Shown here: one piece after another, positions 6,282 to 15,730 of the stretch
How the letters are laid out: each line of letters opens with the position of its first letter
Numbering within the stretch: position 1 is the stretch's first letter
Assembly (NCBI GenBank): GCA_003166335.1
Contig: PMWA01000078.1
Coordinates: forward strand, 1 to 15,730
From: Methanobacterium sp.
GTDB lineage: Archaea; Methanobacteriota; Methanobacteria; Methanobacteriales; Methanobacteriaceae
Reading direction: 5' to 3'
DNA length: 15,730 nucleotides
Position numbers and translations under genes: made by a program
Notes under the pieces: generated by a model
What the model saw: only the letters and a program-made list of their open reading frames with translations
Databases searched by the model: none
Told to the model about the DNA's origin: nothing

Positions 6282-6788
6282 ATGAAGGCCAGTGAATTTA
6301 TAGGGATGAAAGTTTTAGATAAACAAGCTCATGAAGTGGGTAAAGTCGTGGAAATCGCTTTTGAACTGAAAAAATGTATGGTGGATAAAATATTTATCTC
6401 CGTTGGCGGAGCTTTAAATAAAAAATATTTTGCCATAGATGAAGATGATCTATATGGTATAGGGGATTATGTGCAATTAAAACTGGACAAAGATGGAATT
6501 GAACAAAAAATTCATATGGATAAATTGAATGATTTCACCCCCAAGGGAAACCACTTCAAAGATATTGTAGGAAAGGTAGTTTTGACTCAAGAAGGTTTGG
6601 AAATAGGTAAAATTAGTGATATGATCATCGACACTAAAGGCTGTCTCATTCACAACATAATCATAACCACTGGAAACGCTTTCAGTAAAAAACATTTAAT
6701 GATCTCTGATGACGATATCATCAGTATTGGAGATTATATGATTCTAAAATTAACAAAAGAAGATGTAGAAGCAAAAATTATAGATTAA
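6282..6788 (+). CDS. Tandem PRC-barrel domain protein
   Basis: Two homologous halves, ASEFIGMKVLDKQAHEVGKV...IGDYVQL and FKDIVGKVVLTQEGLEIGKI...IGDYMIL; SD GGGAG. Confidence 0.88.
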   Translation: MKASEFIGMKVLDKQAHEVGKVVEIAFELKKCMVDKIFISVGGALNKKYFAIDEDDLYGIGDYVQLKLDKDGIEQKIHMDKLNDFTPKGNHFKDIVGKVVLTQEGLEIGKISDMIIDTKGCLIHNIIITTGNAFSKKHLMISDDDIISIGDYMILKLTKEDVEAKIID

Positions 6789-6814
6789 AAAAAACTATTT
6801 TTTAAATAGATTCC

Positions 6815-6840
6815 TTAGGAAATTTCTCCTAAAAAAAAAA
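6815..6840 (-). terminator. Hairpin plus oligo-T terminator candidate between convergent genes
   Basis: TTAGGA-aatttc-TCCTAA inverted repeat (6815-6832) adjoining an A10 run, which reads as T10 on the - strand. Confidence 0.4.
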
Positions 6841-6866
6841 TAGGAAAAATGAAGGTTTTTTAGTGT

Positions 6867-7385
6867 TTAACTAACCATCAGAGTCTTCAAAATCATATTA
6901 TAAGCTGTTGAAGTTTGATTTAAAGCATAAGTAGGTCCTATAGCAGTAATCACATAGTAATAATTGTTTTGTTGAATTATAGTTACTTTCTCTGCAGAAT
7001 TTGAACCGAAATTTCCCAGTTGTGTTGCTGATAAATTATCAACATTCAATGAAGAAACTGACGAATTAGTAGTATTAGTCACAATGGAATTAGTGCTAGG
7101 TAAATTTATAGTACCTTGAACTTTCTGTTGCATTTGAATGATAATGTAAGATGGTTGAGACGTACCATTAGAATCAGCGAAGTTAGCAGTGAATGTCACC
7201 TCTGAATAAATTGAAGTATCACTAAAATTTCCAACTAAACTAGTCTGTGACCAGCCACTCGGATACTGAAAAGAAACCTTCCCCATCTGGAACGTGTTAT
7301 TTCCTGAAAAAGCCACCACCAGTACCAGTATAATTAAAACTACCACAATCAATATTCCCGGTAAAATAAAACTTTCCCTATCCAT
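6867..7385 (-). CDS. Membrane-anchored PsbP-like/exported protein
   Basis: N-terminal hydrophobic helix, then FQMGKVSFQYPSGW and C-terminal YYYVIT...YNMILKTL typical of PsbP/Mog1-like folds; SD GGTGA. Confidence 0.65.
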   Translation of the reverse strand: MDRESFILPGILIVVVLIILVLVVAFSGNNTFQMGKVSFQYPSGWSQTSLVGNFSDTSIYSEVTFTANFADSNGTSQPSYIIIQMQQKVQGTINLPSTNSIVTNTTNSSVSSLNVDNLSATQLGNFGSNSAEKVTIIQQNNYYYVITAIGPTYALNQTSTAYNMILKTLMVS

Positions 7386-7556
7386 TTCATAATCACCATA
7401 TACACTTTATGTAGATACAAAAATATATTATTTTGGGCATGAAAATTTTAATCAAAAAAAATAGGCCTCATACACTATATAAAATTTAAAACACATAATA
7501 ATCTAATATATTAATTCATTAAAAAACTATTATTATATTTTTAGAGGTGATTTATA

Positions 7557-7904
7557 GTGACAGGAATTCTAGAACCAATAACATTTAGCCAAGAAGTAGA
7601 TGGAAAAGTTTATGAACTGATAATTCCTAAAGAGTTCATTAGGGATGTTCAGTTCCCTGGGGAACATCTCACCATCATGCTGCGAGTTACCGGGCCTGAT
7701 ACAGGAAAAATAACTGATTTTTTTGAGGATTATGAAGAACAATTATTCAAAATAAAAACCACTGAAAATACGGGAGAAAAAATATCAGATGAATTTATTT
7801 TAACTTCCGCTTACATAGATGAAGGCCCCCACCTCTCCGCGGATATAGATATAGAACCTCCCAGTGTAAGAGCCATACTAGACTTTAAAAAAAATAATTC
7901 TTAA
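7557..7904 (+). CDS. Hypothetical protein
   Basis: 115-aa acidic ORF with strong SD GAGGTGA before GTG. Confidence 0.75.
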   Translation: MTGILEPITFSQEVDGKVYELIIPKEFIRDVQFPGEHLTIMLRVTGPDTGKITDFFEDYEEQLFKIKTTENTGEKISDEFILTSAYIDEGPHLSADIDIEPPSVRAILDFKKNNS

Positions 7905-8094
7905 ATTATAAATTGAATCCATAACTATTGAGTAGAGATTGAAAGGATTTATCATTAAAGGATATGGAGGATTGTTAATAGTATGCCAGAAGAATATATC
8001 CTATTAGGATCGAAGACGCAAGAAGAAGAACTAGAAAACGATGTCTGAGATGATTAGCTGCATAAATTACAGTTATATAAGGAGGGGAATTTAA

Positions 8095-8631
8095 ATGAAT
8101 GTTGAAAGAAATGTTTATTTAGGTATTTTAGCTATAATATTAGGATTTATAGTGATTACATTTCCTTTAATCAGTGTTTTCACATTAAGTCTACTTGTTG
8201 GAATTGGAATAATATTTTTAGGGATTTGGTTATTGATTCAAGCTTATAATGTTTGGAGTAAAAATTTAGCCGCGGGCATAGCGGACTTGATATTAGCTAT
8301 TTTTGCCATATTTTTCGGAATAGGTATAACCGGGAATATAACTGCATTAAGCTTTTTAACATTTTTAGCATTATATATAATTGGATTTTTCCTAATATTA
8401 ACAGGTTTAACCGCATTATTATCAAATAAAGGAATTAAAACCAAAGGAATAGGTGTTCTAGGAGTCATACTTGGTCTCTTATATCTAATTATTGCAATAT
8501 ACTTAAGAAATCCACTATTTTTAGCCATAATATTAGGTGCATTCCTAATAATAGCTGGATTAATGGAAATTTTCTTAACAACACCAGAATTACCATTTAT
8601 AAACGATAGTAAAAGTAATGATAAGAAATAA
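8095..8631 (+). CDS. DUF308/HdeD-family membrane protein
   Basis: About six hydrophobic segments with GILAIILG...P and LGIWLLIQ patterns; SD GGAGG. Confidence 0.8.
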   Translation: MNVERNVYLGILAIILGFIVITFPLISVFTLSLLVGIGIIFLGIWLLIQAYNVWSKNLAAGIADLILAIFAIFFGIGITGNITALSFLTFLALYIIGFFLILTGLTALLSNKGIKTKGIGVLGVILGLLYLIIAIYLRNPLFLAIILGAFLIIAGLMEIFLTTPELPFINDSKSNDKK

Positions 8632-8704
8632 TTAAAATAATAAATAACTTAGAAAAAAATAGATTCAAATTCCTTGAATAACTTTTTAATGAGGAATAAT
8701 ATAA

Positions 8705-9798
8705 ATGTACGAGTTAATATTTTTCCTTTTTATTGTTTTCATTTTTTACATTATTTTCCAAGAAATTATTACAGAAATACATCACTGACCAAATGGTTCT
8801 AGTTATAGCTGGAATCATTTCGGGCTTAGTCTTCTCATCACAAATTAATCTTGGAAATCAATTCAATTTTGTTCTATTAATTGCTGAATTAGCATTAGTT
8901 CTATTTAGCGATGCATTTCGTATTGGATTATCATATACTATCCACGAGCATAACATTCCTTTAAGATTACTGGGGATAGGTATGCCACTAACTATTTTTT
9001 CAGGGATTATATTTGCTGCAATTCTACTCACTAATCTTAGCATTTGGGAAGCAGCTATAATTGGCACACTTCTTGCTCCAACTGATGCAGCTTTAGGAAA
9101 AACAGTTTTTGAAAATAAAAAATTACATTCTAAAATGCGTAAAGGATTAGAAATCGAAAGCGGCTTAAACGACGGCTTAGCAGTGCCATTCCTAATCCTA
9201 TTCATAGCTTGGTCTGTAGCAGAAGAAACATTCCATCCAGTACAATTTTTTATTGAAACAGCGCTTTTACAGATCCTTTTTGCAGTAGCAATAGGTTTAG
9301 CAGTGGGATTAATTGGAGGATGGTTAATAATCAATGCAAAAAACAAAAAATGGATCACCAAAAAATATTTAAGAATTTCCTTACTCTCTTTGGCAATCTT
9401 TTCCTTTGTTATAACAGATCAAATTGGAGGTAGTGGATTTATCGCAGCATTTGTAGGAGGAGTGCAATATTCATCATTTATATCCTTAACCGTTATTATC
9501 TACACTATTTTGAGTTTAACCGTGATAAGAATGCTGCCAGTTGCAATATCATTGATTGGAACGAAAACTGATTTTTTAAGTACCCTATTTATAGGATGGT
9601 TCGGACCCCGAGGGTAGGCCTCTATAGTTTTATTACTCATAGCCCTTGAAGAACAAACAAAAATTCCCGGGCGAGAATACTCTGCTTATAACTGTTTTAA
9701 TTACGGTATTACTCAGTGTATTCACCCATGGGATAAGTGCAAGACCTTTATCTAATTTATACTCAAGAGGGATTGATAAAAATGATGATTATATATAA
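8705..9798 (+). pseudogene. Disrupted cation:proton antiporter (CPA1/NhaP-like)
   Basis: Motifs LFSDA, LAPTDAAL, IESGLNDG, GWFGPRG. Lesions: frameshift near the T6 run 8742-8747 after the true ATG 8705; apparent deletion after FIAAFVGG (~9461); in-frame TAG 9615-9617 inside GPRG*ASIV; frameshift near 9675 before TVLLSVFTHGISARP; final TAA at 9796-9798. Confidence 0.88.
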
Positions 9799-10130
9799 GT
9801 TAATTAATATTTTGTCATAGCTTTTTATAATAAATCAGTTTTTCCTGTTCAATGATTTTGTTAAACTTAATTTAAATTATTTATGTCAGCAAGCAATTTT
9901 ATTTTGCTGTCAAAATGTTTATTAAATCGTTTATGTACTTTAAAATAAAAAATAGCTAATTTGATGATCATTTATGGTTACTAAATTTCGTAATAAAAAA
10001 AATAATTTATATTTTTAACTTTTTTTTAGCAAACTTTATGTTTGACTTTTACACATTTATTAATTTGGTTAAAATAGATTTCAGTAGATTTTTAATTTAA
10101 CCATTATCATAAAAAAGGCGAGGCGGTAGT

Positions 10131-10409
10131 ATGAGTATGGAAACAGCAGCTCAATGGGTTTTAATGAAAAATATTAAACCGAATGCATCTCTTCAGGACC
10201 ACTTTAAAGGATTTGGTATATCAGAAGCGATTCATTATGAAGTTGGTGATGAAATTAAAGGCAACAGAGTTAATAAAATTTTGATTGCTGATAGTAAAAT
10301 AGAGATTTGGTTAAGTAAGAATGGTAAAAACATTATAACAGTTTATCCAACTAATAATATAAAATATTCTTGGTCTTCACTTGATGACAGTGCACCAGTG
10401 CCATGGTAA
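10131..10409 (+). CDS. Hypothetical protein
   Basis: 92-aa ORF with SD-like GAGGCGG, isolated in AT-rich intergenic DNA; no recognisable motif. Confidence 0.65.
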   Translation: MSMETAAQWVLMKNIKPNASLQDHFKGFGISEAIHYEVGDEIKGNRVNKILIADSKIEIWLSKNGKNIITVYPTNNIKYSWSSLDDSAPVPW

Positions 10410-11077
10410 GTTTACTTAATAAAGTTCACTCAAACTATCCTAAAAATTAGCTATTAATGAGGGAAATATTAAATTAAACAAATGTTTCCATTTAATTCTT
10501 TTTTTATTTAATCTAATAGTTTTAATGAGTTTTTTTCTTTTTTTATTCTATGTTTTCTAATTGGATAAAATCCATGGTAACATGTTCTATATATCCATCA
10601 TATTCTGGTTATTTTGAAATCTCGTTTATGTTAATCACTCTGATGTCAATTCTGATTATCTACCTATTTTACATTTATTTCTTGTATAATCGTCAAATAG
10701 TTGAAAACATTAATAATATGAGTTAATCGTGAGTTAGGGATTTGAATATATTTTACAGTTCATTGGCTACTGTTTCAGAGAAATATCTTATTTTAAAAAA
10801 ATTTTCCAGAAAACTATATACTATTACTTGCAGACTTAGCGATGTATAATAATCTAGAATTAAATAATTATTAAAAATGGGAGTAGGGATGAAATATAAA
10901 TTTATTAAAATTTAAAAATGATAAAAATAATTTAATAATGTTTGTACTGGTTTTTATCAGTTTAACGGTTCTTTTCTAATATAGTATGTAATGGTTCAAC
11001 AGCGAACAGTTTAATTTGATGATAAAAAAAATTTAATGGTCATTGAACTAAAATGACTGAATTAAACGATAATTAAA

Positions 11078-11752
11078 ATGGAAAATGGGGAAAATTTAGT
11101 TATGTCTAGAATGATTTCAGATAATAATTTTCAGGATCAGTTCTTTAATTTTTTTATAGGTCTTTATAAGCGAAATAAGATGGTTTTAACTATTGCAGTA
11201 TCCATATTTTTTGCATCCTTATTTATAGGTCTTTTTATTGGCTATTTTTCATCAGGCTTCACTGGAAATTTCTTAACATTTCTTGTAAAGATGCTTCGTG
11301 GACAAATTGTCAAAATAACCACACTTTCAATATTCCTGCATAATCTTCAAGCTTTGCTTTTTACATACATTGGTGGAATAATTGGAATAATTCCGGCAGG
11401 AGCCTTATTTTTTAACGGATTCATTTATGGAGCTTTTTTAGGATATTTTATGCATGGTGGTATAGTTGGCAATTATACTGTTCTTACTTCGGGAGAGTTT
11501 ATTATTTACACTTTGCCTCATGGCATATTTGAAATTCCGGGTTTTATTATAGCAAGTGCTGCAGGATTCAGGCTTACAAGTCTAGTTATAGGATTATTAA
11601 AAAGCACTACTATAAGTGAGCAATATTGGAAATTTAAGGATTCTTTAGCATTGCTTGTAATTGCAATAGTCTTAATCTTTATTGCAGCGATCATTGAAGC
11701 TAATTTTTCAGTATCTGTGGGAAATTACTTTACAGGTTTAAATGTACCTTAA
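11078..11752 (+). CDS. Stage II sporulation protein M (SpoIIM/DUF95)-family membrane protein
   Basis: Signatures IFLHNL, FNG, PHGIFEIP and AAIIEA; the true start may be a few codons downstream. Confidence 0.88.
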   Translation: MENGENLVMSRMISDNNFQDQFFNFFIGLYKRNKMVLTIAVSIFFASLFIGLFIGYFSSGFTGNFLTFLVKMLRGQIVKITTLSIFLHNLQALLFTYIGGIIGIIPAGALFFNGFIYGAFLGYFMHGGIVGNYTVLTSGEFIIYTLPHGIFEIPGFIIASAAGFRLTSLVIGLLKSTTISEQYWKFKDSLALLVIAIVLIFIAAIIEANFSVSVGNYFTGLNVP

Positions 11753-11882
11753 GTACTTTTTTTTCTTTTAAAAAATAATAAAATTATAAATTTCAAAGCT
11801 TAATAATAAGTAAATCAAAAAACCGCTTAAATAACTTAATTAAGCTTTCAAATTCATATTTGTGTAAAAAAATCACACTTTA

Positions 11883-12722
11883 CTAAAGTTCCTTGCACTC
11901 ATGTCCGCATAGCACTTTAACTTGTGGATATTCCTTAAGAAACTGAATTATTTTTTCAAGAGTTTTTTGTGCTAGTTTTACATTCCAGGTATAACTGCTT
12001 GGTGCTACTTTTTTTTCTAAATTCTCATGGATGAAACATGCATCCATGGTGAGGAAGACGGGTCCATTATAACTGTTTATTAGGAATGAGATGTGTCCTG
12101 GTGTGTGTCCTGGTGTCGAGATTGCCCAGAGTGATCCGTCGCCTAATAAATCTACGCTGGGTCCCAGGGGTGATATTCCATCTTTTTTGGAGAAGTCTAT
12201 TTCGTAGAGAATTTTCAGGTTTTTTAGAAAGTTTCCGTAATTTTCTGGTTTGTATTCTTCGAATTCATTTTTACCTATGACATAGGGGATGTTTTTGGGT
12301 AGTTCTCTGATTCCTGCTATATGATCGGGGTGTAAGTGACTTAGGAATACTGCTTTGAGTTGTATTATATTCTTTTCAATGTGAAATTTAATATTTTGAT
12401 CTTTTTTTTGGATGAATTCTTCTGCGAGAGGTTTTTTAATCCCTCCACGAGGGTCTTGGTAATATGATTTATCAAGCCCGGCGTCGAGTAGATAATCACC
12501 TTGTTTTTCATTATGTATCCAGTAGGCGAGTATGGGTACTTCTAATTCTTCATCTTTAATGTCTTGGGCTAGGGGATGTTCAGGGTTTAGTGTTCCTTTT
12601 TTATTGATGATAACTGTCCCGGTCTGGAATTTTTCTTTTAATGTTATAGGCCGGGGATTTTCGAATACTTCATTCCAACTTTTAAGTGGGTTGTTTTTTA
12701 GGGGATAGGTTTTATGTTTCAT
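11883..12722 (-). CDS. MBL-fold metallo-hydrolase, N-acyl-homoserine-lactonase-like
   Basis: LLDAG, HLHPDH, TPGHTPGH, bridging D in TMDAC, terminal GHE. Confidence 0.88.
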   Translation of the reverse strand: MKHKTYPLKNNPLKSWNEVFENPRPITLKEKFQTGTVIINKKGTLNPEHPLAQDIKDEELEVPILAYWIHNEKQGDYLLDAGLDKSYYQDPRGGIKKPLAEEFIQKKDQNIKFHIEKNIIQLKAVFLSHLHPDHIAGIRELPKNIPYVIGKNEFEEYKPENYGNFLKNLKILYEIDFSKKDGISPLGPSVDLLGDGSLWAISTPGHTPGHISFLINSYNGPVFLTMDACFIHENLEKKVAPSSYTWNVKLAQKTLEKIIQFLKEYPQVKVLCGHECKEL

Positions 12723-12937
12723 ATTAAATAAATCCTATTTTATATTCTTTTATTAATTTACAGTATTCTAGTTATCTAGTTCTAAATTCTGTATAATATT
12801 CTTTTAAGTTATAATCATATGCCTATTTTATAGTTTAATTTAAATATGAATGTAGAATCATTAATCTAGATTGTAACAGATTACTTTAAATTATTTAATC
12901 ATAAATAATGATGTAGGAAAATTATTGGTGATATATT

Positions 12938-13759
12938 TTGAGAAAAGTTGGTCCTCCTAAGTTGGATAGATCTGATTCTAATAATTCAAAGTTTAATCTT
13001 GATAATTTAAAAGATAAGACTAGTTTAATTAAGGATAAGGATAGCAATCGCCCCCCTAAATTGGATAAATCAAATGATGATTCTAAAGGTTATTTTGGTA
13101 AGGCTCGTGTAATTAAGGATAGTAATATTGAGGATAGAACTCGTCCTCCTAAATTAAGTAAATCTGAGGATTTGCAGGATAAATTTAATAATGTTGTTGA
13201 TAATAGGATTATTTTAGGATTAATTGGTTTGATTATTATTATAGTAGCAGCTGCTCTTATAGCGGGAGTTGGTAGCCATAAAACCATTATATCTAACGGA
13301 ACTAATAATACCACCACCCCTGTGACGGTTAATCAAAATATTTATGATAATGGTATAATATCTTTCAATTATCCGCAAGGTTGGACAGTATTGAATCAGC
13401 AGGTGCAAGCTCCTTTAATTGTGACGGTACAGAAGGATCCGAATAATAGTTTTTCTGTTTTTAGTGAAGATCTGGGAAATACTAGTTTTACAGAATTTAT
13501 TTTTCAGTGGCGTCAATCCATAATGCAGAATGGTGAGATTACCTACGAAGGTAACGTCACTATGGGTGGAGTTAATGGTTACGATATTGAAGCTACTTAT
13601 AATAACACTACTACTAATACTAACAATATTTATAATACTCGTGGGATAGCTATAGAAAAAAATGATACAGCTTATATCATCATATTCACATTTAACACTA
13701 CACTATTAAATGATAATAATCAGATGAATCAGGTAATAAATAGCTTCCAAGTGAAATAA
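12938..13759 (+). CDS. Membrane-anchored PsbP-like protein with a repetitive N-terminal tail
   Basis: Charged N-terminus with three PPKL repeats, one TM helix (aa ~91-112), then ISFNYPQGW...AYIIIF...MNQVINSF; TTG start after SD GGTGA. Confidence 0.72.
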   Translation: MRKVGPPKLDRSDSNNSKFNLDNLKDKTSLIKDKDSNRPPKLDKSNDDSKGYFGKARVIKDSNIEDRTRPPKLSKSEDLQDKFNNVVDNRIILGLIGLIIIIVAAALIAGVGSHKTIISNGTNNTTTPVTVNQNIYDNGIISFNYPQGWTVLNQQVQAPLIVTVQKDPNNSFSVFSEDLGNTSFTEFIFQWRQSIMQNGEITYEGNVTMGGVNGYDIEATYNNTTTNTNNIYNTRGIAIEKNDTAYIIIFTFNTTLLNDNNQMNQVINSFQVK

Positions 13760-13830
13760 AAAAATATTTAGGCACTAAAAATTTTTTCAAAAAAATTTTT
13801 TAATCTAAATTAAAATGGGAAAGAAATAAA

Positions 13831-15135
13831 ATGATTTGGAATGAAGAAGTAGAATGCATGTTACAAGAAGATAAAGAGATTTTACAACTTCTAAGACTGC
13901 GCAGCGTTGCTAAAAGAGCTTATAATAATGTTCCATATTATAAAAAGCTTTTCGATAAAGCTGGAATCAAACCTGAAGATATTAAAACTTTAAAAGATAT
14001 TGAAAAACTGCCTTTTACCACTAAGGATGATCTAAGGAAAGCTTATCCCTTTGGAATGTTCGCGGTTTCACCTAAAAAAATCGTGGAAGTGCACACTTCC
14101 TCGGGAACCACAGGAAAACCAACCGTATCTGGATACACTCGGAAGGATCTAAAAATATGGTCAGAAGCAATGGCTCGAGGACTCACCATGTTTGGAGCAA
14201 CAGAGGATGATATCATCCAGAATACTCATGGTTACGGCTTATTTACCGGAGGTTTCGGAGTACATTACGGAGCCCAGAAAATTGGATGCACCGTTATTCC
14301 CATCTCCACAGGGCAAACAAAAAGACAAATCGAGATTATGAAGGATTTTGGAACCACCATCATGATCTTTACACCCTCCTATGGATTATACCTGGCGGAA
14401 GTGGCAGAAGAAGAGGGTTTAAATTGGGAAGAAATGAATTTGAAATTTATAGGTTTCGGTGCTGAAATGTGGACTGTTGAAATGCGGCGAGAAATCGAAA
14501 AAAGATTCAACGCCCCTGCATATAATATTTACGGACTCACGGAGATAATAGGGCCGGGTGTAGCCTTAGAATGTTCTATGCAGGATGGATTACACGTTAT
14601 GGAAGATCACTTTTACCCGGAGATCATTGACTCGGAAACTCTTGAAACTTTACCTGAAGGGGAAAGAGGTGAATTGGTTTTAACTACTCTTACCAGGGAA
14701 GGCATGCCTATAATTCGCTTCAGAACAAAAGATATCACCACTCTCCGTAGAGGTGAATGTGATTGTGGCCGGACTTTAATTAAAATGGATCGTATCACAG
14801 GAAGAACTGATGATATGCTTAAAATTAGGGGTGTGGCGGTATTCCCAAGCCAGATTGAGAAGGCACTATTGAAAATGGATGGATTGGAGCCTCACTACCA
14901 GATAATTGCCACTCGTCCTCATCACCTAGATGAACTGGAGGTGCTGGTGGAAGCATCCTCTGATCTCTTTTCTGATGAAATTAAAGAATTAGTTGGTATC
15001 AAGAAGAAAATTGAAAATTATATACATAATGAAATAGGTTTAAGGGTTAATGTAACTCTGGTGGAGCCTAAAACATTACCTAGAAGTGAAGGAAAAGCAG
15101 TAAGAGTTATAGATAAAAGAAGATTTGATAATTAA
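13831..15135 (+). CDS. paaK: Phenylacetate--CoA ligase family protein
   Basis: [11 protein letters not shown]-loop [54 protein letters not shown]. Confidence 0.95.
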   Translation: MIWNEEVECMLQEDKEILQLLRLRSVAKRAYNNVPYYKKLFDKAGIKPEDIKTLKDIEKLPFTTKDDLRKAYPFGMFAVSPKKIVEVHTSSGTTGKPTVSGYTRKDLKIWSEAMARGLTMFGATEDDIIQNTHGYGLFTGGFGVHYGAQKIGCTVIPISTGQTKRQIEIMKDFGTTIMIFTPSYGLYLAEVAEEEGLNWEEMNLKFIGFGAEMWTVEMRREIEKRFNAPAYNIYGLTEIIGPGVALECSMQDGLHVMEDHFYPEIIDSETLETLPEGERGELVLTTLTREGMPIIRFRTKDITTLRRGECDCGRTLIKMDRITGRTDDMLKIRGVAVFPSQIEKALLKMDGLEPHYQIIATRPHHLDELEVLVEASSDLFSDEIKELVGIKKKIENYIHNEIGLRVNVTLVEPKTLPRSEGKAVRVIDKRRFDN

Positions 15136-15166
15136 AAAAAATAGAGATTTAGGGGGATTTTGGAAT

Positions 15167-15598
15167 ATGAAAATAAAACAATTATCCATATTCCTAGAGA
15201 ATAGGAGGGGTAGAATGAAGAAAGCTCTTGATGTGCTGGAGAAAGGAAATGTTAATATAAGAGCTCTTTCCATTGCTGATACATCAGATTTCGGAATTTT
15301 AAGGTTAATCGTTCCTGAACCAATGCGGACTAAGAAATTATTAGAGAAAAACAGTTTTATAGTTAAGATAGGAGAAGTTATAGCAGTTAGAATGCGTGAT
15401 GAACCGGGAGGTCTTGGTGAAATACTGGGAATCTTAGATGATAACAATATTAATCTGGAATATCTCTACGCGTTCGTTGAAGAAAAGGAAAAAGTAGCCA
15501 TCGTCTTGTTACACCCAGAAAACGTTGATGGAGGAATTAAAGCTTTAATCGATGGTGGAGAAGAAGTCATTTCAGCTGAAGAAATTTATGGATTATAA
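15167..15598 (+). CDS. ACT-domain (amino-acid-binding) protein commonly adjacent to paaK
   Basis: MKIKQLSIFLENRRG...NIRALSIADTSDFGILRLIV...DEPGGL...NLEYLYAF. Start corrected from 15125 to ATG 15167, with GGGGGA upstream. Confidence 0.92.
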   Translation: MKIKQLSIFLENRRGRMKKALDVLEKGNVNIRALSIADTSDFGILRLIVPEPMRTKKLLEKNSFIVKIGEVIAVRMRDEPGGLGEILGILDDNNINLEYLYAFVEEKEKVAIVLLHPENVDGGIKALIDGGEEVISAEEIYGL

Positions 15599-15730
15599 GG
15601 AGCATATTTTATAATAAAATTTTTTTTTATATGAATACTTCTAATTATAATAAGAATCTGTTTCATTTTTAACACAAATAAAAAGTAAAAAATTTAGTTA
15701 ATTAAATTATATTTTACTTTGCTTAAGGTT

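Noticed and set aside
9615..9617. In-frame TAG as possible pyrrolysine or readthrough codon
   Set aside because: It replaces the conserved Leu of GPRGLAS (one change from TTG), and the gene has other frameshifts and a deletion, so decay is the simpler explanation.
10410..11077. Long AT-rich intergenic stretch with a minus-strand coding-like fragment (PEYDGYIEHVTMDFIQLENIE*) and loose AAYRGTT-like motifs near 10945-11041
   Set aside because: The fragment is interrupted by a stop and unrecognisable; the motifs are degenerate and irregularly spaced; no supportable ncRNA or array.
12090..12116. Tandem TGTGTCCTGG repeat
   Set aside because: Encodes the conserved TPGHTPGH motif of the MBL hydrolase.
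13777..13801. A/T-only inverted repeat before paaK
   Set aside because: Low complexity; at most an ordinary terminator.
6477..15447. ORF-track calls 6477..6695-, 8244..8528-, 8858..9361-, 12086..12280+, 13090..13317-, 13220..13408-, 14613..14798- and 15076..15447-
   Set aside because: All lie antisense within well-supported genes.

Overview
AT-rich archaeal DNA that looks like a Methanobacterium-type methanogen (GGTGA/GAGG ribosome-binding sites, PsbP-like, PRC-barrel and PaaK/ACT genes); the taxonomy is inferred. Positions 1 to about 6050 are the right part of an integrated mobile element. It carries a tyrosine integrase, a large winged-helix-like protein, and a divergent leftward operon: AbrB-like gene, two micro-ORFs, MCM-like AAA+ helicase, small wHTH protein, and an archaeo-eukaryotic primase that the ORF track missed and that runs off the window. 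Three non-coding signals stand out: inverted arrays of 9-bp repeats around an AT-rich spacer inside the helicase 3' end (candidate replication origin), three palindromic boxes exactly 29 bp apart between the divergent genes (candidate genetic switch), and repeated ATATCATT boxes plus a 16-bp palindrome beside the integrase (candidate att arm). Positions 6282-15598 are mostly ordinary host genes, including a multiply broken cation/H+ antiporter pseudogene. No tRNA, rRNA or CRISPR array was seen.
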